Of a stretch of 64,000 nt of DNA, positions 54,599 to 62,928 are shown piece by piece. A program made the translations under genes and the position numbers. Every line of letters starts with the position of its first letter. Within the stretch, counting starts at the first letter, position 1. The notes beneath the pieces were generated by a model, which saw nothing but the letters and a program-made list of their open reading frames with translations, was not told the origin of the DNA and searched no databases. The stretch is taken from NCBI GenBank assembly GCA_050250375.1, contig JBFWOS010000002.1:453149-517148 (forward strand), given 5' to 3'. Origin of the DNA: Candidatus Omnitrophota bacterium (GTDB taxonomy: Bacteria; Omnitrophota; Gorgyraeia; Zapsychrales; Zapsychraceae).

Positions 54599-55280
54599 GG
54601 AGATTTTCCCACATGTAAGCCGCTCCCCACTTCAGGACCTGCAATTTGGCTACCCCGCCCTCCCGGGCCGGTTCATCGCCGGGGATCTCGGTAATCTTCA
54701 GATTTCGTTTGGCGGCGCGGATCGACAAAAGCGGTTCCCAGCTCACAACGGTCCGGAACAGTTTTTCTTCAAAGGCGTAACTTTCATCCTTGTCGAGGTC
54801 CAGTTCCTGGATCAGGTCTTTGCGGTAAATCCGGTAAATCACCATCGCGTCGTGGTAACGGTGTCCGTGCAGCAGGCTGATCGAGGTGGAAAACATCCAG
54901 TTCCCGAACGAGGTGACCGGTGTGTCGTCGTAACTTTTGGCGCCCGCCGCATACCGGGAGACAATAACCATGTCGTACCCTTTTTTAAATGTTTCAATCG
55001 CCCGGGGGATCAGTTCGGGGATGGAATTGCCGTCAGGGCTGAACGTGAGGATGACGTCCCCTTTTACATGCGGCAGGCATTCCATGTAGGCGTGGCGCAT
55101 GCCCATCTTTTTTTGGATGACCACGTCATAGCCCTGTTCACGGGCGTATTCGACCGTTCCATCGGTGGACTGGCCGTCCACCACCAGGATCTGGTCGACC
55201 CATGCACGGTCGACTTTCGGCATGATCTCTTTCATGCCGGTGATTTCATTCAAGGTTGGAACAACGAGCGTTATCTTCAT
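54576..55280 (-). CDS. Family 2 glycosyltransferase (polyprenol-phosphate sugar transferase-like, DPM1/ArnC-type)
   Basis: The N-terminus MKITLVVPTLNEITGMKE...VVDGQSTDGT is the GT-A DxD-type N-terminus. Confidence 0.75.
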   Translation of the reverse strand: MKITLVVPTLNEITGMKEIMPKVDRAWVDQILVVDGQSTDGTVEYAREQGYDVVIQKKMGMRHAYMECLPHVKGDVILTFSPDGNSIPELIPRAIETFKKGYDMVIVSRYAAGAKSYDDTPVTSFGNWMFSTSISLLHGHRYHDAMVIYRIYRKDLIQELDLDKDESYAFEEKLFRTVVSWEPLLSIRAAKRNLKITEIPGDEPAREGGVAKLQVLKWGAAYMWENLREVFVWK

Positions 55281-55320
55281 AATAATAAAACATTATACCG
55301 TCTGTTTATTAAAGTGGAAG

Positions 55321-55350
55321 GTTTAATTTTGATAAAAGCGGCCGAAGGAT
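55321..55350 (-). terminator. Rho-independent terminator downstream of the tRNA cluster (stem GCGGCC...GGCCGC followed by UUUUAUC on the minus strand)
   Basis: The hairpin is gcggccgaaggattatgggccgc, with a T-run on the transcript strand. Confidence 0.55.
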
Positions 55351-55408
55351 TATGGGCCGCCAAATTCATCTGAATGTGGTGAGTTTCACCAGTTTGCCTT
55401 TGGCAAAA

Positions 55409-55482
55409 TGGAGCGGGCGATGAGAATCGAACTCACGTATCTAGCTTGGAAGGCTAGTGTTCTACCACTGAACTACGCCCGC
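55409..55482 (-). tRNA. tRNA-Gly (anticodon TCC)
   Basis: The cloverleaf has acceptor GCGGGCG/CGCCCGC, anticodon loop CTTCCAA, T loop TTCGATT, U73 and an encoded CCA. Confidence 0.85.
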
Positions 55483-55581
55483 AAAAATTTCTGAAGAGAT
55501 TTTTGCGACGCTCGTTATAAACCTTCCGGTTCATGACGGCCCGCAAGAATTCACGATGAGGATTTTTTCCTTTGGAAAAAA

Positions 55582-55666
55582 TGGTGGGCAGTGGAGGATT
55601 CGAACCCCCGAAGGGAAACCCAACAGATTTACAGTCTGTCCTCGTTGACCGCTTGAGTAACTGCCC
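55582..55666 (-). tRNA. tRNA-Tyr (anticodon GTA), type II with a long variable arm
   Basis: It has acceptor GGGCAGT/ACTGCCC, a 3-bp D stem, anticodon stem ACAGA/TCTGT with loop CTGTAAA, a variable-arm hairpin GGGTTTCCC, A73 and CCA. Confidence 0.8.
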
Positions 55667-55765
55667 AAAGTACTGATAAAGAACTCTAACAAAGTTTAAC
55701 TAAATAATAAGCAGTAAGTTGAAGAATCAATCCGCAACTTACTGCTTGCCGTTAACTTCTTAGAA

Positions 55766-55841
55766 TGGAGCTGGCGAGAGGCTTCGAACCCCCGACCTGC
55801 TGATTACAAGTCAGCTGCTCTACCAACTGAGCTACGCCAGC
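55766..55841 (-). tRNA. tRNA-Thr (anticodon TGT)
   Basis: It has acceptor GCTGGCG/CGCCAGC, D arm GCTC-AGTTGGTA-GAGC, anticodon stem GCTGA/TCAGC with loop CTTGTAA, T loop TTCGAAG and CCA. Confidence 0.75.
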
Positions 55842-56115
55842 AAAGCTGAAATTTATCGTATAATTTCAAAAAATCTCTGAAAACGAGTCCTATTTATACC
55901 AGATTTATAGTGGGCTGTAAAGAATGTTTTTTTGAGTTTTGGATATACAAGACATTGGACGATTGGTTGATATGACGCAACAATTTAAGAGAGACTTGGT
56001 TCGATGGGTTTCTTTTTTATAATTCGTTTTTAGGGTTTTAAGTGAATTTTATTGAGAAAAATGTACGTTAAAGAAAAGGCCACCACAGATGTGGTGGCCT
56101 TTTCTGGGGCAGTTT

Positions 56116-56442
56116 TTATTTACCCTCTGTCCATAATTTTTGCAGTTTTGCCCGGAAGTCTTCTTTAGACTTTGCTTGGGCAATTGTTGACTGCCAACAA
56201 ACACCCATGGCTTCCAAGGTGGCGTCAGCGACCTTGTCCATCATCGGTCCCCACGCTTTTTGGATCTTGGGTTTAAGGATATCCACCTGGACTTGCTGGA
56301 CGGCTTGTTTAAACGCCTGGTTCCACATGTCAACCCCGCATGAAAAAGGGTCTGCGCTTGTGGTCGGACATTTTCCTTGAGCGGTTTGTGAGCTTGTTTC
56401 GCAGCAAGCATCTTGTTCTGATGTGTTACATTGATTTCCCAT
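56116..56442 (-). CDS. Hypothetical small Cys-rich protein (108 aa)
   Basis: The N-terminus is CNTSEQDACCETSSQTAQGKCPTTSADPFSCG and the rest is helical. No family recognised. Confidence 0.35.
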   Translation of the reverse strand: MGNQCNTSEQDACCETSSQTAQGKCPTTSADPFSCGVDMWNQAFKQAVQQVQVDILKPKIQKAWGPMMDKVADATLEAMGVCWQSTIAQAKSKEDFRAKLQKLWTEGK

Positions 56443-56542
56443 TTTATTTCTCCCTGTTAAAAATAGTTTTGTTTATGTACCGTACGGTACAGAAAATATA
56501 TACCATTCGGTACACTTTGTCAATGATTTTTAAGGGGTAAAA

Positions 56543-57148
56543 TCAGCGGGGTTGTTGAAATGATTTCAGGAAAAGTAAAATGTGTTTGACGGAATTTTTG
56601 AACGAAGAAGTGTCTTTTTGGATTTTTGAAACCAGCATCCCTCCCTGCATGGTGACAAAACACAGTTCAGCGAGTGCCTGAGGGTCAGCGGTCGGTTTCA
56701 GCCGGCCTTGGGATTTAAGACGCGTAAAAAATTCAGCCACAGGCTGGATGGACAAATTGAAAATACGGTTGATTTCTTGGCGGATAACTTCATCATCGGC
56801 GGTTAATTCGTATCCGATGGTCGCCATAGGACAGCCCCGTTCACAGCAGATATGGTCCTGGTATTGAATAAAAAAAGTAAACCATTTTTCGAGATCTTTC
56901 CAAGAATTGATGTCATATTTGACAGGCAACTGCCGGTTGCAGAATTTTTCACAAAAATCCTTGATGACGGCGGCAATCAGATCTTCTTTATTTTTAAAAT
57001 AATGATAAAACTGGCTTTTTCCTGTGCCCGATTTGGCCAGGATTTCTTCGACACCTGTGGCGTTGACACCTTGTTTGTGAAACAACTCAAAAGCTGTCTG
57101 GATAATTTTGGATTGGGTTTTTTGACCCCTGGGTTGAAGATTTGACAT
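56543..57148 (-). CDS. TetR/AcrR-family transcriptional regulator
   Basis: The N-terminal HTH TAFELFHKQGVNATGVEEILAKSGTGKSQFYHYF has the TetR-typical signature. Confidence 0.85.
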   Translation of the reverse strand: MSNLQPRGQKTQSKIIQTAFELFHKQGVNATGVEEILAKSGTGKSQFYHYFKNKEDLIAAVIKDFCEKFCNRQLPVKYDINSWKDLEKWFTFFIQYQDHICCERGCPMATIGYELTADDEVIRQEINRIFNLSIQPVAEFFTRLKSQGRLKPTADPQALAELCFVTMQGGMLVSKIQKDTSSFKNSVKHILLFLKSFQQPR

Positions 57149-57213
57149 AGTTCAATTGTACTATGTAGAACCTGATCGTCAAGAGTGTATCGCCTTTGAT
57201 CTGGGTTTCGTCA

Positions 57214-60200
57214 TTAAGGGGTATAGGCGCTTAAGGTTAAAATGCCCGTGTCGTCTTCCTTAATATACGGGGATTGGCTGCGGATGGAGATTTCCGGATT
57301 GTCCTCATCCTGCGCCGGATCGGCGATTCCCAGCAGGAGCGGGAGATTATTCACGGGGATGATCTGGAAGATCACCGGGGCAAAACCGTCCAGGGGCATG
57401 GATTCCAGTTCCCGCAAAATGAGCGGATCCAGCGGAACGGTCATGTTGATCCCCTTCCCTCTTTTTTCGATAATCAAATCGGCCGGGTTAAGATCGATCC
57501 CCCCGACCCTTTCGCTGGTGGCGGTTGGAGTCACATCTTCCGCTACGATTTGCGGCGGGATATCCGTTGCGGCGACGACCGCCGGCGTTTCGATGTCTGT
57601 GACCGGCGATACAGTAGTTCCGGCCGGCAATTCAGTCCCTCTCAAATCGTTCTGGTATTTCGTGTACAGGGTCGGCAAATCCGTTTCAAAATTAAAGCGG
57701 TAACTGCTGCGCATGCGGACATCGTCATCGGGATCTTCCTGAACGTTCCAGACGCTGGCGCCGATGGCTTTATAAAAATTCTGCTGGCGGGTGACCGCCG
57801 GTCTATTCCAGAAATTATAGGACCACCAGGCGGATGTCACATTCCCCTGGGTTTTTTCGGCGATGTTGGTAAATGTCCGGTGGAGCAGCCAGCTGGCGGC
57901 CTGTGTTCCCTGGAATTCCGGGGCAACCACAAAATCACTCATGTAAACGGCATTGCCGTTGCCGTTATATTGGACGATGGCATAACCGACCGGTTCATTG
58001 TTCGTATCCAGCAGGACAAAACTGTAATCATCCATATTGCTGCGGTTTTCGATGGGGTTTAAACGGAAGCGCATGATCTGCCCGTTTAAAACCCGGTATT
58101 TCTGGTTGCTCAACAGCATTTCTTTGGTCAGCGGCGCGATGCGGATTTGCTGATTATTAATCGTCTGGACATCGGCCAGGACCGCGTTGTCGCTTTGCCC
58201 TAAAGCCGTCTGGTCCAGTCCGGCGATTGCCTGGTTTAAGTCGTTGCTCAGGTCCTCCATGCTTTCATAATTTTCATTCGGATTGGCGAACAGGGCCTTT
58301 TCAACGATCGCCCAGATACTGGCCGGCATGTCATTCTGAGGTGTCCCGTCAAAAGTCGTTGTTCCTCTGAATTCCGCGGGATTAACCGGCGCGAGGGTCA
58401 TGGTCTCTTTATTCAGCATTGCATCGTTAATCGTGGCCCTGGCCCGGGAAAATGTATTGAGCAGGATTTCTCCGATGACGATCATATCCCGGTACTTGAT
58501 GCCGGCCTGCAGAGACCTGACGTCGGTCTTGTCGAGGTCCATTTTTAAGGTGTCCCAATCGATCAGGCGCGGACGGCCGGTTGTTTCATCAATGATAATA
58601 TTTTCCGTATGGAGATCCCCGTGAAACGCCCCGTACGTCGTGGAGATGTAAGCGATTTCCCGGGCGACCTCCGCCAGAATCCTTAATCGTTCCCCCCGGT
58701 CAGTGACGGCATCAAAATGGGTGCCGCGGATGAATTGCATTTCGATCATATTCGGTTGCAGCGAAATATTGTCTTCCAGATTGGCGTTGGGCATGGCGAC
58801 GAATTGTTTGACCCGTTCGTCATTACGGACGGCCAGAAAGAATTCAAGCAGGCTGATTTTATCCATTGAGATAATATTGTCTAACAAAAACTGGCTGAAA
58901 AATTTGATGGCCAGCGGTTCGCTTTCCGTCCCGTCCGCCCTGATCTCCACGCCACGGAATACCGGCTTGAGCAGGTCCGCGGCAATAATTTCCTCCAGCC
59001 GGTAATCTTTTCCTTTAACCCGGATGACCACCGGGCGCCGGTCAACGATGACCTGTTTTAATTCGTCCAGCAGCTGCTGGGAGCGGTCCCCGAAGAAATC
59101 ATCCACATTGATCTCGACCTGTTCACCGGTTGATGCCAGGACAGCATTGTCGGATGTGGCCAGACGCACGCCGGCCTCAAAAAACGGCAGGGCGTTCGCC
59201 GCGTCGTACTGCTGAACAACAATCTGCTGACTGAGCGCGGTATCGTTGGTGATCTCAACCGTTGTCCGGGTGCCGGTCACTCCGTCCTCTTCGGTTGCCT
59301 GACGCGCGGCCGGGCTGACGGCCCGCCCGTTCAGGTCCGATAAAACCGTCGGAGCTGAATCAATGTACACCCGCAAAAGGCTCTGGTATTGTCTGAGGAA
59401 TTCATTCCGTTGCCGGTTGTCCCGGCTGACGTCTGCCAGCCGCTGGCGGACCTGTTCGAGAAAACGCGCGATCGGCGCCTCAATCGGACGGGTTTCACCC
59501 GGGGTGTCTCCGGTTAAATCACTGATCAGTGTCTGCAGCGCGCCTGTCAGGAAACTGTAATTCCGGCGCTGGAATTCCCTGAATTCTTCTTCGACAAAAC
59601 GTTCGGACACGCCTAATGTGTCGGGATCAACGCGGGATGAATCCTGGTTGACGATGCCGGAACGCAGACCGCCGGTCACCGGGTCAACCCCGCTTTCCAC
59701 CATGAACGTGACGCCTTTGGGCTGAACAGGCCGGGTCAATTCACGGACGACCCGCAGATTGTTATTATCGAGCGACCCGAACTGCAGTTCCATCCCACCG
59801 GAAAAATATTTACGCGGGATCAGTTCCTGGGAGACGGGATCAAATTCTTCCTTGATGTAATTGTAGACGCCGACCTTGAACGCCTCGAGGTATTGATCGT
59901 AAATTTTCTGTTTGATTTCCTTGTCAGCCACATCAACCCCGCCGGTCTTGCTCTGGTCCAGGTAAATCCGTCCCAGCAGGCTCTCTTTCAGGTTGCGTTT
60001 GAACCAGGTCGCCAGGATCATGGAATGGTAGACCTGGCGCAGGGTGGCGAAATGTTTGCCTTCGTTGACTTCTTTTTCGATGGCCGGGATCAGGATCTCC
60101 CGGATGATCTCGGCCGTCACGGTCCTTTGTTCCCGCGTCTGTTCATCGGTAGCGGCTTCGGATTGTTTGAGATTTTTATTCTGGTCGAATTCGGTGTGGG

Positions 60201-60891
60201 CGATGTAATCCTGTTCCAGCATGACCTTCAGTTTGCTTTCGACCACAAAGGCCGTGTCGCCGTTTTCATAAACCACCGCGTTGTCCGGGACGATCCAGAC
60301 TTTGATGAACGTATCCAGCTGGAGTTCGGCGGAACCGTATTTCCGGACGATTTTCTGCCGGACATCGTTCCAGAAATGTTCCCCCAGCTTATCTTCCGGG
60401 TACATCATGGAGGCCGTCAATTGTTTGAGCACATAGTCCTGGGCCAGCAGGTCGCGCCCCATTTCCGTGACGCCGAATTTGTCCGGGATGATCCGCTGTT
60501 TTTCAAAAGGCGACAAATTGACCCACAGGTCTTTTTCCGGAATGGTTAATGAGGCCAGAAAATATTTGATGAGCCGGTTGGACTCTTCATACAAAAAGGA
60601 ATCCACGGTCTTTTCATCCCCTGTTTCCAGGATAAAATCAAAACGCAGCGGATTGTTGGGATAAATGCGCAGTCCCTTGATCAGGGTCGGATTGTAGAGA
60701 TTGCTGGTCTTGACCATCTGTCCCGGGGTGGTCAGGTGGAGCGCAGACAACCATGGTTGCGGTCCCGGCCGTTCTTGCGCGTAAGTATATTGAGCCGGCA
60801 CAGTCAGGCCAAAACCGATCATGAAAATGATCAGCGCTGTTACCAGGCGTGAGCCTCTGGATGATTGCCGTTTTTGTAGCCACTGAAACAT
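57214..60891 (-). CDS. Giant secreted multidomain protein (1225 aa): signal peptide, shared N-terminal module, RIO/Kdo/APH-type protein-kinase-like domain, GNAT acetyltransferase-like domain, and the shared C-terminal module
   Basis: An ATG start with signal peptide ...QYTYAQ. The kinase catalytic-loop and metal-binding motifs are [14 protein letters not shown] and LIDWD. The GNAT motif is [17 protein letters not shown]. The C-terminal module is GGIDLNP...[17 protein letters not shown]. Confidence 0.85.
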   Translation of the reverse strand: [1225 protein letters not shown]

Positions 60892-61048
60892 GATTAATAT
60901 CCCCGATCCGTATATACTACTAATATTATTCAGATAGCCTAAGTATAATACAAATTATGAATTGTCGCAAAGGTTGGTTTGCAATGATTTCGGGCCGGTT
61001 TTTGGGCCGGAAGAGGATTGGTGTGTTTATGGATGTGACGGATTGAGG

Positions 61049-62212
61049 CTATTTGGCGGCAGGGTCATTCTGATAAACGAGTTTTCCCTGTTTATCGTAG
61101 ACTTCACTGTAGGTCAGTTCCCCCAGATCGTAGATATTCTTGCTGCGTAATTTTCCGTTCGGATAATATTCCCTGACGATGCTGGATTTCTGGTCATCGT
61201 TGGACTCGATGATTTTTTTGAGCGTTCCGTCATCGTAAAATTCTTTGGTGACGCCGATCAGCTGGTTTTCCCTGAAGGTGGCGTCAACCAGGATTTGCCC
61301 GGCCTGGTTAAAGGCCTTGGTCGGTCCGTCCAGTTTATCGTATTTGTACTGGCCGGTGCCGCGCAAGGATCCGTCCTCATGATAAGTTGCGACCTCGCCC
61401 AGCCGGTTGCCTTTGACATAATGTTCTTTGCTTTTCAATTGGCCGGACGGATAGAATTCCTTGGATTGGCCTTCCAGCAGGCCGTCTTTAAAGTTCTGGA
61501 TCAGTTTCCATTCCCCGTTCTTGTAATATTCACGGACGACCCCGTCCAGTTTGCCGTCTTTGTAATTCTGCAGTTTCTGCATTTTTCCATCGCGGAAATA
61601 TTCGCGGTGGGCGCCATGCGGTTCTCCGTTTTGGAACCCCCTGACGCTGAGGACTGTCCCGTCCGAGAAATAACTTTTCGTGAGGCCGTCCAGTTTTCCG
61701 TTCTTGAATTCTTCCTCGCGCATGAGGGCCTTATTTTCATAATACGTTTTAAAGGTTCCGGTTTTTAAATCATTTATGTGCTGGCCGGTGATGCTGATCT
61801 CACCGTTAGGATGGTAGGACGTGTAAGGGCCGTCCAGTTTTCCCTCTTTGACGTTAACCAGTTCTTTGAGCGCGCTGGTGTCGTAATACTCGCGGATTTC
61901 TCCGTCCAGCTGGTCATTTTTGTGCTGGCCGTCCAGGTGCATGACCCCGTTGGGATAGAACTTTTTGAACGGTCCTTCTTTTTTTCCATCGCTGTAATTG
62001 AAGATGCGGTTGATGCTCCCGTCCGCATAGTATTCCGTGGACAAACCGTCCCTTTTGGCATCTTTGTAATTTTCTTCAAGCCGGACATTTCCATCGGGGA
62101 ATTTCTGGATGAACATGCCGTTTCGCGGGGGCCGGTTTTCGCATCCGGCCGCAATGCAGACCAGGCCGGATAGGATCAGACCGATAAGATATTTTGTCTT
62201 GGGTGCGTACAT
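61049..62212 (-). CDS. MORN-repeat / YwqK-like lipoprotein
   Basis: It has a lipobox (LVCIAAGC) after the internal ATG at 62210-62212 and about 14 tandem repeats of the form DGxxxxYYxNGxLxxxxxYxxGKL. Confidence 0.6.
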   Translation of the reverse strand: MYAPKTKYLIGLILSGLVCIAAGCENRPPRNGMFIQKFPDGNVRLEENYKDAKRDGLSTEYYADGSINRIFNYSDGKKEGPFKKFYPNGVMHLDGQHKNDQLDGEIREYYDTSALKELVNVKEGKLDGPYTSYHPNGEISITGQHINDLKTGTFKTYYENKALMREEEFKNGKLDGLTKSYFSDGTVLSVRGFQNGEPHGAHREYFRDGKMQKLQNYKDGKLDGVVREYYKNGEWKLIQNFKDGLLEGQSKEFYPSGQLKSKEHYVKGNRLGEVATYHEDGSLRGTGQYKYDKLDGPTKAFNQAGQILVDATFRENQLIGVTKEFYDDGTLKKIIESNDDQKSSIVREYYPNGKLRSKNIYDLGELTYSEVYDKQGKLVYQNDPAAK

Positions 62213-62213
62213 G

Positions 62214-62678
62214 TTAACTGATAAATGACCAACTGATCTTGCCGTCGGACTTTCCAACGGTAATCAGCAATTTCGGTTTTGAGATTGAATCGATAAAAGT
62301 TTTATTGACCGGGTAAAATTCAACCGCCCAGGTTGACTCATCGAGTTTTTTCAAGTTCGGTTTCATAAGGTAATATTCTGTTTCATAACCGCGGAAGATC
62401 ACTTCGCTCTGCGCGATCACAACGGCTTCAGATTCGGAAATACCGTCGATTTTTTCGACCTTGAACTGATACGCGTGCATGATCTTGAACTTGTCGGCGG
62501 TCACATCGGGTTTATCTTTGGCCGACGGATTTTCATCCGGTGCTGACGGTGTATACGGGGAGTGTTGATCCAAGAATGCGGTTACTGGTGTATATCCGGA
62601 AAATTGCGATGTAACGCTGCAGCCAGAGAAAATCATTAATAAAAAAAATAAATTTATCCTGTTGGGGAGTCGATGCAT
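62214..62678 (-). CDS. Hypothetical lipoprotein
   Basis: Signal peptide with lipobox (LLMIFSGC) after the internal ATG. No family recognised. Confidence 0.4.
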   Translation of the reverse strand: MHRLPNRINLFFLLMIFSGCSVTSQFSGYTPVTAFLDQHSPYTPSAPDENPSAKDKPDVTADKFKIMHAYQFKVEKIDGISESEAVVIAQSEVIFRGYETEYYLMKPNLKKLDESTWAVEFYPVNKTFIDSISKPKLLITVGKSDGKISWSFIS

Positions 62679-62928
62679 GGTTTCCTTTTTTCGCGCAAGA
62701 AAATACAGCCGCACAATGTTTATCGTCACATTAGTATAAATTTGACAACTGTTTAAATATACCGGTCAAATATTGCTATAGTGTAAAATATTACCAACCG
62801 GCTGTCAATATGACATAAGTGTACAGACTCAGACAGTGAACAAGCCGTAAATTCGCTATTTTTATTCAGAATTTTGGATATAATGTACATAATACGCCGT
62901 GAGCCGTATGGATTAAACCTTTCAGAAT

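Noticed and set aside
57149-57213. GTTCAATTGTAC...GAAC as a TetR operator
   Set aside because: The dyad symmetry is too imperfect to call.
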